Below, piece by piece: positions 19,378-28,392 of a stretch of 47,909 nucleotides of DNA. This stretch comes from an uncultured Chloroflexia bacterium (GTDB lineage Bacteria; Chloroflexota; Limnocylindria; Limnocylindrales; CSP1-4): NCBI GenBank assembly GCA_963752475.1, contig CAVVYR010000011.1:1-47909 (forward strand), read 5' to 3'. Position 1 is the stretch's first letter, and every line of letters begins with the position of its first letter. The notes under the pieces were generated by a model. That model made no database searches, had not been told where the DNA came from, and saw only the letters and a list, made by a program, of their open reading frames with translations. A program made the translations under genes and the position numbers.

Positions 19378-20169
19378 TCAGTGCCGGGGTTCGATGGCGG
19401 CCGCAACGGCGCGGGTGATGGCACCGCGGACCTCGTCGAACGCCGGTAGCCGCGCGCCACTGGCCTCGTCGAGGTAGAGGCCGCGCCGGATCTCGATCAT
19501 CACCGAGCGCACACGATCGTCCTGGCCGTAGTAGCCGCTGGGCACGAACGTCCCCGCGTAGGGCACGTTCCGCTCCACGCTGAAACCCTCCGCCCGGAAC
19601 GCGCCGACCAGCACATCGGCCAGCACGGGCGGCGTGTGCCGCTCATCGGTGCCGATGCAGATGTCCGGACGGTCGGGGGTCTGGTCGATCTCGCTCGGCA
19701 GCGGCACCGACGGGAAGGAGTGGCAATCGAGCACCAGGCACTCGTCTGCGCCCTCGAGTCGTTCGGCCACCAGGGCGTCGAGCGCGGCATGGTACGGCCG
19801 GTAGCGTTCCTCCACGTGACGGCTCCGCAGACGCGAATAGGCCTCGCGGATCAACTGCCCCCGCGAGCCCTGCCAATAGACGACGCCCTGTCCACGCGGC
19901 GCCATCGGCTCGGCCGAGTCGTCGAGGAAGCGCTCAGGATCGAACACCAGCCGCGAGAGGTCGTTGACGAACAACGTCAGGCCCAGCTCGGACAGGCCAC
20001 CGAAGAGCTCATCGGTGAAGTGATCGGTCAGGCGCAGCAGCTCATCGGCCAGCTCGTCGTCGGAGATGAGCAGCTCAGCGCGCACGTCGACGGGGATGAC
20101 GGTCGAGGCATGCGGCACATGCGCGATGACCGGCACTTCGTCCCCTTCGGGCCGGATGACAGCAGGCAC
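19378..20169 (-). CDS. N-formylglutamate amidohydrolase family
   Basis: HVPHAS, TDHFTD, SRLVFDPERF, YRPYH, DCHSFPS, PDICIGTD, MIEIRRGLY; TAGTG overlap with the upstream stop. Confidence 0.9.
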   Translation of the reverse strand: MPAVIRPEGDEVPVIAHVPHASTVIPVDVRAELLISDDELADELLRLTDHFTDELFGGLSELGLTLFVNDLSRLVFDPERFLDDSAEPMAPRGQGVVYWQGSRGQLIREAYSRLRSRHVEERYRPYHAALDALVAERLEGADECLVLDCHSFPSVPLPSEIDQTPDRPDICIGTDERHTPPVLADVLVGAFRAEGFSVERNVPYAGTFVPSGYYGQDDRVRSVMIEIRRGLYLDEASGARLPAFDEVRGAITRAVAAAIEPRH

Positions 20170-21053
20170 TACCGTGGCTTGACCGGGTACTTCTTGCGCA
20201 GGGCCAGGATGGCCTTCTCCACGAGGGTGGTGGCATTGGCGAGATCGCGCGTGAGGGCGCGCATGTCGTCCACGCTGCCCACGAGCGTCTTCACCGGATG
20301 CATGACCTCGTTGCGCAGCTCGCCCAGGGGTCTGGTCATGGAGTTCCACTTGTTCGTCTCGTACTTGCCCAGCTCCATGCGCAGCGCGCGGTCCTTCGCG
20401 AAGACGCGCAGCAGGTGCTTGAAGTCGAGGTACGAGACGATGTCGTCATGGCCCGAGCCGACCCCGCTGCGCTGCATGCGCTGGTTGAGGTCCTCGACGT
20501 CGCGGCTGCCGAGGTGGGCGATGAGGTTCGACTGGTTCGCGCCGTACTTCCAGCGGATGAGGTCGGCAAGGGCGATCTCCAGCCCGGCCAGCACCAGGTA
20601 GTAGTAGGCGCGCGCGGGCTGCTTGTTGAAGTCCCAGATGCTGATGATGCCGGTGATCTCGCGACCCTCGAGCACGAAGAGGATGCGCTGGTCCGCGATC
20701 CACTCCATGATCTCCGAGATGGGCGTGTCGCCGCTGACGATGGCGCCGCCGGCGAGCGAGTTGGTCACGTTGCGGATGGGCTGCTCGGGGTCGGCCCTCT
20801 GCAGCTTGGAGCGCCGCACGTACCCGACGACCCGGCCCTTCGAAGTGACGGGTACGTTCTCCCAGCGGTTCGCCGTCATCGTCCTGAGCACGTTGCCGGC
20901 CTTGCTGTAGAGGTCGAACGTCGGCGCGCGCTCGATGTCGATCTCGATGTGGCGCGCTCGCACGCCTTGTCCGAGGTCGATGTGGGGAACGCTGTTCTCC
21001 CAGCTGCGCGAACGCGTCGGCAGCGGGCGTGGGGTCCGGTGTTCAGCCGTCAT
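20169..21053 (-). CDS. CBS-pair protein with C-terminal Swt1-like HEPN domain
   Basis: VPVTSKGRVVGYV and FVLEGREITGIISIWD (CBS pair); LEIALADLI, YLDFKHL, LRNEVMHP (Rx4H). Confidence 0.8.
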   Translation of the reverse strand: MTAEHRTPRPLPTRSRSWENSVPHIDLGQGVRARHIEIDIERAPTFDLYSKAGNVLRTMTANRWENVPVTSKGRVVGYVRRSKLQRADPEQPIRNVTNSLAGGAIVSGDTPISEIMEWIADQRILFVLEGREITGIISIWDFNKQPARAYYYLVLAGLEIALADLIRWKYGANQSNLIAHLGSRDVEDLNQRMQRSGVGSGHDDIVSYLDFKHLLRVFAKDRALRMELGKYETNKWNSMTRPLGELRNEVMHPVKTLVGSVDDMRALTRDLANATTLVEKAILALRKKYPVKPR

Positions 21054-21181
21054 GCGGTCTCGGGGTGGCGGGTCATGAGGAAGACGGCCTCCTGCTCGTG
21101 GCCGTCGGATCGGGTGGGGTGCTCGATGTGCCGGTCCGTCGCGGATCGGTCGGTGAGCCGTGGATCCAGGCTGCTGGGCAT
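21050..21181 (-). CDS. 43-aa small ORF translationally coupled to CBS-HEPN
   Basis: GGAGG SD 9 nt before the ATG at 21181; its TGA overlaps the CBS-HEPN ATG (ATGA). Confidence 0.45.
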   Translation of the reverse strand: MPSSLDPRLTDRSATDRHIEHPTRSDGHEQEAVFLMTRHPETA

Positions 21182-21234
21182 GGTGTCTTCCCTCCGTGAG
21201 CGCGAACTGTGCCACAGTCCCGCTCGGAGGTGTG

Positions 21235-21837
21235 ATGCGAACTCGGTCCTTGCTCTCGCTGCTGGTGGCGCTTGCGCTGGTGCTCGTACCCGGTGCCGCG
21301 CCCGCGCTCGATGCACCCAGCCCGCCCGACGACGGCGAGGTCGTGCGAGTCATCGAGGTCATCGACGGCGACACCATCCGCGTCGAGTGGCCCGACGGCT
21401 GGTGGGAGCGCGTGCGCTACATCGGCATCGATACGCCCGAGATCGGCCACGATCCCGACGAGGCCGATGAGCCCTGGGGTCGCGAGGCCACCGCGGTCAA
21501 CGCCGACCTTGTCGATGGGCGGGACGTCCTGCTCGAGTCCGACGTCAGCGACACCGACCGGTACGACCGGCTGCTGCGCTACGTGTGGGTGGAGACCGAC
21601 GCCGACTGGGTCATGGTCAACGGCGAGCTCGTCGCGCGCGGCCTCGCCGACGTCCGCGCCTACGAGCCCGACACGAAGCACCACACCTGGTTCCAGCAGC
21701 TGCAGGACGGTGCCCGTGCTGCCGGATCGGGCATGTACGGCGACGGGGACGAAGACGACGATGGGAACGGCTCCTCCGAGCTCGAGGAGAAGGGCTTGCT
21801 CGAGCAGCTGCTCGACCTCATCGGGTGGGAGGACTAG
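21235..21837 (+). CDS. Thermonuclease (SNase-like) family secreted nuclease
   Basis: Signal peptide; VIDGDTI, VRYIGIDTPE, DRYDRLLRYV, VNGELVARGLA; SD GGAGG. Confidence 0.93.
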   Translation: MRTRSLLSLLVALALVLVPGAAPALDAPSPPDDGEVVRVIEVIDGDTIRVEWPDGWWERVRYIGIDTPEIGHDPDEADEPWGREATAVNADLVDGRDVLLESDVSDTDRYDRLLRYVWVETDADWVMVNGELVARGLADVRAYEPDTKHHTWFQQLQDGARAAGSGMYGDGDEDDDGNGSSELEEKGLLEQLLDLIGWED

Positions 21838-21995
21838 GCCCCGGGAGTCGACCTGCAGCGCCGCCTGCCCACACCGACGGCCGACGCCGGGGGCGGAGAC
21901 AGGGAGCTGGCCCCATGGCCGATGCGGACAGCGAAGTAGCACCCGGCCGCTGACGTGTCATGAGAGCTGGCACGAGTCTGGAGCACACTGGCGCC

Positions 21996-22181
21996 ATGGA
22001 TGACCAGGAGATCTGCTCGCGCTGCGGGTCGCCGCTGGATAGCGATCCCGATGACGACCCTGCCGGAGGCGTCGATGGGCTGCCACTCTGCGGCGAGTGC
22101 GTACGCAACCGCGACGCAGCGGCCGACTTCGAGGCCGTGGACATGATGGACGGCGAGCTGGACGGGATGATCGATCTCTGA
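21996..22181 (+). CDS. Small acidic zinc-ribbon protein
   Basis: CSRCG...LCGEC; CACACT-N6-ATG. Confidence 0.65.
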   Translation: MDDQEICSRCGSPLDSDPDDDPAGGVDGLPLCGECVRNRDAAADFEAVDMMDGELDGMIDL

Positions 22182-22341
22182 ATCAGGCATCGAAGCGGCG
22201 GGATCGAGGCCCCGTCGCATCGCCAGCTGACGCGTCAGGGCGCACGGATCACCGCGCCCGAGCCGCCGGTGCTACCGTGAACGTGAAATCGATTACACCG
22301 CTGGTCCCCCCTGGCGATACGACGAACGACGGAGCGTTCTG

Positions 22342-22752
22342 ATGCGGTGGACCGCGCATGGTCTGGTGGCCCTCGTGGCCGGAGTCCTCTTGGGTAGTTC
22401 GCTCGTCTCGGGTGCGCTGGCGCAGGTCAGCGACCCGGAGTCGGCGGTCATCTTCGATCTCTCGCGGGTGCCGAACGACGAGGCGGCTCAGCGCGAGCTC
22501 TTCAGTGCCACCGACGTATCGGACGCCGAGACCCTGGCGATCCATGGGTTCCGCGACGAGCTGGTGCAGGCCCTGCGCGATGCGAAGGCCGAGTTGGCGA
22601 GGTATCGGGCATACCGCGACGAGCCCCGCTGGGCCACCATCTACGACGGTTGGGGCTACGTCGACATCGAGCGATTGGCCGACTACGTCCCCATCGCCCA
22701 GCACGTCGAGGACCATCCCGACGCCCTCGGTTCTAGGGAGACCGTCCCATGA
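22342..22752 (+). CDS. Secreted protein, short paralog 1 of a four-gene family
   Basis: Signal peptide ALA-Q; W...VDIERLADYVPIA..HP motif shared with the downstream genes; ATGA overlap. Confidence 0.7.
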   Translation: MRWTAHGLVALVAGVLLGSSLVSGALAQVSDPESAVIFDLSRVPNDEAAQRELFSATDVSDAETLAIHGFRDELVQALRDAKAELARYRAYRDEPRWATIYDGWGYVDIERLADYVPIAQHVEDHPDALGSRETVP

Positions 22753-24641
22753 CTCGAATCCTGTCCAGCTTGACCGCCGTCCTCATGGCCCTGGTGCTGG
22801 CCATGGGCGCCCTGGCTCAGCCGGCCGACGACGAGTGGGTCGACTCGCTGGTCATGGCCCGTGATCGGCTCGACAGTGACATCGCCCTGCTCGACGGGGA
22901 GCTGACCTCGATCGCCGAGCGGATCGCGAGCGACGACTGGCGTATCGACACGGATGCGACGGGGAAGCTCGTCGAGCTCGATCTGCGCACGCTCGACCGG
23001 TACGTGCCGCTCGCGGTGGTGTTTTCCCAGCATCCCGGCATACTCCGGCTGGAACTGAGCGAGGTGCTCTGGCAGGCCGATCCTGCGGCGTGGGGTGCCG
23101 TGATGGCGATCGGCAAGACCGGTGACCTCGAAGGCAAGACCGTGGACGAGGTCATCGCCATGGTCCGTCGCGCCAATCAGCAGAGCGCGGACGACAAGCG
23201 CGCGGTGTACACCGACTGGAAGCAGAAGGTGCAGGCCGAACGCGATGGGCTGGCGGAGTTGCGCGATGAGATCCAGCGCGAGCTCGATGCCATCGCGAAT
23301 GCCGCCGGCGCCTCGGCATCGCCGGAGGCCTCCCTCGAACCGAGCCCGCTGCCATCACTGGCTCCGTCCCCCGACGTCACCCCCGAACCGAGCCTCGAAC
23401 CGAGCCCCGAGCCCTCGGTCTTGCCGTCGTCTGCGCCATCACCTTGTCCCGAGAGCGATATGTGGTGCCAGGACGAGGACCAGGAAGCCGCACCCGCACC
23501 CTCGCCGCTCCCGTCGCCCGCACCCTCGCCCACGCCGGCCGAGGCCACACCGGGGATCGAGGTCGACGGCGTCCAGTACGACGCACTCGAGGGCCTCACC
23601 GCCTGTGCCGAGGATGATCCCGCGTGCAGCACGATGGGAGCCCTCATGACCTGCTGGGGCAACGAGCTCGGCTGCTATTCGCCCGCGATCGCACCGGACG
23701 CGGCCACCGAGCTCTGGAGCACCGGGGTCTTCGACGGAGACTTCGAAGGCTGGGGCATCACCGCGCACCTCGAGCAGGTGAGCTCGGCCGTCAGCGGCAC
23801 GATCGAGGACCGCAAGGGACCGCTGGAGATCGTGGCCGAAGAGGTCAGCCGAAACCGCGTCGAAGGCCACTACTTCGGTGACGTCTGGTGGCAGGTCGGT
23901 CGCGACGACGGCAGCATGGGGCCTGCGGATGTGCCGTTCCAGGGCTGCTCGGAGCCTCGCGATGGCACGACCTTGTGGGGGGAGGTCACCATCACGCCCA
24001 GCGACGGCTGGGGGCATGATCGAGAGCCACAGACGCACCTGACCATCGACGCCCGTCCGTGCGACGAGGCCTGGCGCGAGGCCAACCCTGCGTATGACAA
24101 CGCGAACCAGTGGCTCGTCGACGGGCCTCGGACGCCGCCACCAGGTTCCGCTTGGGCCCAGGCGCCCGTCGATGCCGCGCGACCCTGGGCTGGCGAGTGG
24201 TTCGTCGATCTTGGCTCGATGCGCATCGACCAGCAAGGCGACCAGCTCACGGGACTGATCCTCTCGCCGGATGGCGCGGTGACATTCCAGGCTGAGCCGA
24301 TGGACCCAGCCCTCGCCGGCGACCTCTATGACCCCACCGTCACCCGGGTCGGCCGATGGCAAGGCGACGCCTTCGCCTCCTGGCTGGCCGGCTTCGGCAG
24401 CATCCCCGCTGACTGGGGTTGCGCCGCACCGCGCGATGGAGCCGACCAGTGGGGCGATATCCTGCTGCGCATCGGCGGCACCGACGGTGATGCGATGAAC
24501 CGCATCGATGCCGCGTGGTTGCCGTGCGACGAGGCCTGGCGGGATGCCATCGGCTATAACGACGACTACGACTGGTGGTATGACCGCGAGGACAAGTTCA
24601 GCGGATGGCGGCTGCGCCTTGCGGCCGCATCGGAGGAGTGA
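22749..24641 (+). CDS. Secreted protein, paralog 2 (coiled-coil N-module, PS linker, two Trp/Cys beta modules)
   Basis: Signal peptide; DDW...ELDLRTLDRYVPLA; EPSP linker; two G.W/F...Q....G...C...WG...C modules. Confidence 0.85.
   Translation: MTRILSSLTAVLMALVLAMGALAQPADDEWVDSLVMARDRLDSDIALLDGELTSIAERIASDDWRIDTDATGKLVELDLRTLDRYVPLAVVFSQHPGILRLELSEVLWQADPAAWGAVMAIGKTGDLEGKTVDEVIAMVRRANQQSADDKRAVYTDWKQKVQAERDGLAELRDEIQRELDAIANAAGASASPEASLEPSPLPSLAPSPDVTPEPSLEPSPEPSVLPSSAPSPCPESDMWCQDEDQEAAPAPSPLPSPAPSPTPAEATPGIEVDGVQYDALEGLTACAEDDPACSTMGALMTCWGNELGCYSPAIAPDAATELWSTGVFDGDFEGWGITAHLEQVSSAVSGTIEDRKGPLEIVAEEVSRNRVEGHYFGDVWWQVGRDDGSMGPADVPFQGCSEPRDGTTLWGEVTITPSDGWGHDREPQTHLTIDARPCDEAWREANPAYDNANQWLVDGPRTPPPGSAWAQAPVDAARPWAGEWFVDLGSMRIDQQGDQLTGLILSPDGAVTFQAEPMDPALAGDLYDPTVTRVGRWQGDAFASWLAGFGSIPADWGCAAPRDGADQWGDILLRIGGTDGDAMNRIDAAWLPCDEAWRDAIGYNDDYDWWYDREDKFSGWRLRLAAASEE
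22761..23415 (+). repeat. 655-bp direct repeat, copy 1
   Basis: Matches 25801-26455 (offset 3040) with about 6 substitutions by eye. Confidence 0.95.
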
Positions 24642-24649
24642 GGATCCCG

Positions 24650-25792
24650 ATGAAGAAGACACTCTCGATGCTCCTGAGCGGCGCGCTGACCCTGGTCCTC
24701 GCCCTTCCCGTGGTGGCCCAGGCAGAGGAGGTCCGGACCGAGCTGCTCGGCGACATCGGACGCACCATGACCCAGGTACAGGCGGAGCTGGCCGCTATCG
24801 ACGAGCGCGAGGCCAGCGACGACTGGATGGTCTTCGAGTCGCAGGACCGCGGCCTGATCGAGGTCGATCTGACGAGGATCGACGAGTGGATCCCCGCGGC
24901 GAAGGTGCTTCGTGATGGCTCGTCCTCAGAGCAGGCCATGAGCGACGCGGTCGCGTCAAGGGTGCCCGACTTGTGGGAGGCCTCGGTCCTGCTCGCTGAT
25001 GCGCCCGAGTGGGTGTTCGACGCCGGTTCGGACGCCGTCATCGCCTGGCTCCGCGATCGCTTCGGCCACCTCCAGACCCCGGAGCGCAAGGCCGCTCTCT
25101 ATGATGCGGAGCGCGCGCGTCTGCTCGAGGACCTCGAGGCACTGCGTCGCACCCAGGAGTTCTTCGAGTCCGAGGTGCTCCTGACAGAGACGCCGCAGAC
25201 CGAGACGGCACAGACCGAATCAGCGCAGGTCGAGAGCTTCTGCCGTGAGATCGCCAAGGGTGAGACGCTCATGGCCGAAGACGGCTCGACCACCTACCTG
25301 GGCGAGCCGATCCCACCCATCGAAGACTTGCCCGACTGGTGCCGAGACGCGCTGCTCGTGTGGCTCACCGGCAGCGATGAGCCACTCCCCACGCCACCTG
25401 TGGAGGACGGCGTGGCAGCGCAGATCCGCCAGAGCCAGGACCCACTCGAGTGGGAGACCGACAAGGCCATCGACCACGGCCGCTGGAACGGCCTCTGGGA
25501 GTACTGGGGCTATCCCGGGCTCACGCTCGTGCAGGTCGGCGACCACGTCTTCGGGACATACCAGGACGGCGACGGCTGGATGAAGCTGGCGGTCCAGGAC
25601 GAGCACACGCTCATCGGCCACTGGTATGAGAACGAACACGCGAGCATCACCTGCGAGAGTGAACGGGACGGCACGCAGCACTGGGGTTCGCTACAGCTGC
25701 ACTTCGACGATGACTTCAGCGCCTACGAGGGCACCTTCGGTGACTGCGGGGACCTGACCGGCTCGTGGATCGACGGGAACCGCGCCCAGTGA
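24650..25792 (+). CDS. Secreted protein, paralog 3
   Basis: Signal peptide; DDW...EVDLTRIDEWIPAA; C-term WNGLW...QVGDHVFG...C...HWG...C. Confidence 0.85.
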   Translation: MKKTLSMLLSGALTLVLALPVVAQAEEVRTELLGDIGRTMTQVQAELAAIDEREASDDWMVFESQDRGLIEVDLTRIDEWIPAAKVLRDGSSSEQAMSDAVASRVPDLWEASVLLADAPEWVFDAGSDAVIAWLRDRFGHLQTPERKAALYDAERARLLEDLEALRRTQEFFESEVLLTETPQTETAQTESAQVESFCREIAKGETLMAEDGSTTYLGEPIPPIEDLPDWCRDALLVWLTGSDEPLPTPPVEDGVAAQIRQSQDPLEWETDKAIDHGRWNGLWEYWGYPGLTLVQVGDHVFGTYQDGDGWMKLAVQDEHTLIGHWYENEHASITCESERDGTQHWGSLQLHFDDDFSAYEGTFGDCGDLTGSWIDGNRAQ

Positions 25793-27045
25793 TGCGGCTG
25801 CTGTCCAGCTTGACCGCCGTCCTCATGGTCCTCGTGCTGGCCGCGGGCGCCCTGGCTCAGCCGGCCGACGACGAGTGGGTCGACTCGCTGGTCATGGCCC
25901 GTGATCGGCTCGACAGTGACATCGCCCTGCTCGACGGGGAGCTGACCTCGATCGCCGAGCGGATCGCGAGCGACGACTGGCGTATCGACACGGATACGAC
26001 GGGGAAGCTCGTCGAGCTCGATCTGCGCACGCTCGACCGGTACGTGCCGCTCGCGGTGGTGTTTTCCCAGCATCCCGGCATACTCCGGCTGGAACTGAGC
26101 GAGGTGCTCTGGCAGGCCGATCCTGCGGCGTGGGGTGCCGTGATGGCGATCGGCAAGACCGGTGACCTCGAAGGCAAGACCGTGGACGAGGTCATCGCCA
26201 TGGTCCGTCGCGCCAATCAGCAGAGCGCGGACGACAAGCGCGCGGTGTACACCGACTGGAAGCAGAAGGTGCAGGCCGAACGCGATGGGCTGGCGGAGTT
26301 GCGCGATGAGATCCAGCGCGAGCTCGATGCCATCGCGAATGCCGCCGGCGCCTCGGCATCGCCGGAGGCCTCCCTCGAACCGAGCCCGCTGCCATCACTG
26401 GCCCCGTCCCCCGACGTCACCCCCGAACCGAGCCTCGAACCGAGCCCCGAGCCCTGTGCAACCAGCGGCGAGAACGCCATCGACGTGCTCTCCTGTGACT
26501 GGGATGCCACGCCCGAACCGACGCTGATGCCCGAGCCGCTCGGCGACCCGGGCATCGACTGCGCCGGCGAGTTCGCGGATGCGCTCGAGGCGCCGTACAC
26601 GTCGTTGTCCGTCGCTCAGATCGGTGCCTGCTTCGATGACTGCCAGGACTGGATCTCGTGGCACGGCAGCTTCGGCGATACCCTGCCCGGCTGGTGCTCG
26701 GAACCGGAGGACTCACCGCTCGCGATGTGGGAAGGGCAGTGGCCCACCAACCGTGGCGTGCTGACCCTGACGGCCGAGGCGGGTCGGCTGATCGGCGAGT
26801 TCGAGTCGGGTGCCGACAGCTCGCTGGCTGGTGCACAGGTCGTGCTCGAGCCAGGTGAGGAGAACAGGTACTCTGCCGTCGGTCGCTGGAGCAACACCGA
26901 AGGACGATACGAGTGCGCCGACGAGTTCGGGGCCGAACCGGGCCACTGGGGTGAGATCTGGCTCGACCTGGGCGCGAACGACCTGCTCTTCGGTGGCTTC
27001 AACCACTGCAATGAACGGGGCGGCGGCTGGATCGACATGGACTAG
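25792..27045 (+). CDS. Secreted protein, paralog 4 (N-half duplicated from paralog 2)
   Basis: TGATG coupling; near-identical N-module; C-term WEGQW...C...HWG...C. Confidence 0.85.
   Translation: MRLLSSLTAVLMVLVLAAGALAQPADDEWVDSLVMARDRLDSDIALLDGELTSIAERIASDDWRIDTDTTGKLVELDLRTLDRYVPLAVVFSQHPGILRLELSEVLWQADPAAWGAVMAIGKTGDLEGKTVDEVIAMVRRANQQSADDKRAVYTDWKQKVQAERDGLAELRDEIQRELDAIANAAGASASPEASLEPSPLPSLAPSPDVTPEPSLEPSPEPCATSGENAIDVLSCDWDATPEPTLMPEPLGDPGIDCAGEFADALEAPYTSLSVAQIGACFDDCQDWISWHGSFGDTLPGWCSEPEDSPLAMWEGQWPTNRGVLTLTAEAGRLIGEFESGADSSLAGAQVVLEPGEENRYSAVGRWSNTEGRYECADEFGAEPGHWGEIWLDLGANDLLFGGFNHCNERGGGWIDMD
25801..26455 (+). repeat. 655-bp direct repeat, copy 2
   Basis: See copy 1 at 22761-23415. 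Confidence 0.95.
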
Positions 27046-27077
27046 CGGCCGCCCCTGAGAATCGGTAGCCTCTGCAC

Positions 27078-28322
27078 ATGACGTTCGGGACCGTCACGAG
27101 CCGCCTGTTGAGCGCCGGCATCAGCGCATCCGTGGCTGTGGCGATGCTCACATCCTCGGCCTTCGCGGCCGCCACGGACCCCGAGCTCATCGCCACCGTC
27201 GAGCTGCCCGAGGGCGACATCCAATACGAGATGGAGCTGGGCACGCTGCATTTCTTCGACGGTGAGGATCAGCCCTTCGCCATCCAGGCCATCGACGGCT
27301 GCAGCATCAACGGGCACGTCTGGCTCTTCGGCGCCGGCCTCTCCGGCATCCCCATCCCGGTGGCGGTGACCGATCGCCAGACGAACCGTTCTGAACGGCT
27401 GCTGCTGCCGGCCTTCGAGCCGGACAAGCCTATCGGTACCCAGTTCCTGCCCGAGGCGCTCGAGATCTGTCTCGAGGAAAGCCAGGTCGGCGGTCTGCCC
27501 CCGCTCGACGCGACGGCCACGTTCACCTCGGCCAACAACAAGGGCCAGGACGCGACCGACCTCATCACCCTGCTCGCGGACGGTCGTGACGACGCCTACC
27601 AGCGCATCTATCGCGGCGGCGAGACGTGGTCGGTCATCACTAGGGGCTCGCCCATCGCGGCCATCGACCTGGACGGCGTCGGCGATCAGTTGCTGCTCTT
27701 CAGCGAGAGCCGCACCCCGCGTCAGCTCGAGGGCATCATGTTCTCCGGCAAGGACGGCATGCTGCCCGCCACGGACAGGCTCGAGAAGACCATCAACGGC
27801 CTCACCAACGCCCGCGTCCGCCGTGCCTACGAGACCGCCAAGGCCGGCCGTGTGCCGCGGGGCATCATCGAGGACCTCCGCCTCAAGGGCGTCGAGCGCG
27901 TCCATCACGTCTCACTCGACTTCGACACGCTCGGCGCCGACGCCTATCTCGCCGCCGCACGCTGGATCAAGGAGGGCGGCGCGCCCATCGAGCCACCCGA
28001 CCCGGTCGCGCAGCGATTCACCGTCGAGCTCGTCACTGCCGCCGGCGACCGCACCGAGATCCCGCTGGTGGGGCCGCTCATCGGCAGCGATGCGGAGGGC
28101 AAGCGCTGGGAGCATGCCAACGGGGAGGCGCTGGTCGAGATCATCGATACCTGCTCCCTGACCGGCACCTTCTGGACCTGGGCCGGCGTGGCCACCGACG
28201 AGCCGGTCGAACTGGTCATCACCGACAGCAAGGACGGGACCTCGGTCTCCCACCTCGTGTGGACCGACCGACGAGACGTCTCACGCCACGCTGACACCGG
28301 CGCGCTCGACAGTTGCCCCTAG
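27078..28322 (+). CDS. Secreted hypothetical protein with two Cys-containing repeat domains
   Basis: Signal peptide; IDGCSINGHVWLFGAG...VTD and IDTCSLTGTFWTWAG...ITD; TAGCCT-N6-ATG. Confidence 0.8.
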   Translation: MTFGTVTSRLLSAGISASVAVAMLTSSAFAAATDPELIATVELPEGDIQYEMELGTLHFFDGEDQPFAIQAIDGCSINGHVWLFGAGLSGIPIPVAVTDRQTNRSERLLLPAFEPDKPIGTQFLPEALEICLEESQVGGLPPLDATATFTSANNKGQDATDLITLLADGRDDAYQRIYRGGETWSVITRGSPIAAIDLDGVGDQLLLFSESRTPRQLEGIMFSGKDGMLPATDRLEKTINGLTNARVRRAYETAKAGRVPRGIIEDLRLKGVERVHHVSLDFDTLGADAYLAAARWIKEGGAPIEPPDPVAQRFTVELVTAAGDRTEIPLVGPLIGSDAEGKRWEHANGEALVEIIDTCSLTGTFWTWAGVATDEPVELVITDSKDGTSVSHLVWTDRRDVSRHADTGALDSCP

Positions 28323-28358
28323 CCACATCGGTGCCTGTCGCGCTACCCGTTCGGTGTG

Positions 28359-28386
28359 TTGAGCCGCGATACGGCGTGGGTATGCT
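28359..28386 (+). promoter_or_regulatory. Leaderless sigma70-type promoter
   Basis: TTGAGC-N16-TATGCT, 6 nt before the ATG at 28393. Confidence 0.55.
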
Positions 28387-28392
28387 GTAGCC

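Noticed and set aside
22761-26455. Possible DGR template/variable repeat pair
   Set aside because: Mismatches are not adenine-specific, both copies are N-terminal coding sequence, and there is no reverse transcriptase
22342-27045. Polymorphic toxin/immunity locus
   Set aside because: The C-termini are mutually homologous Trp/Cys modules with no toxin motif, and there are no interspersed immunity genes
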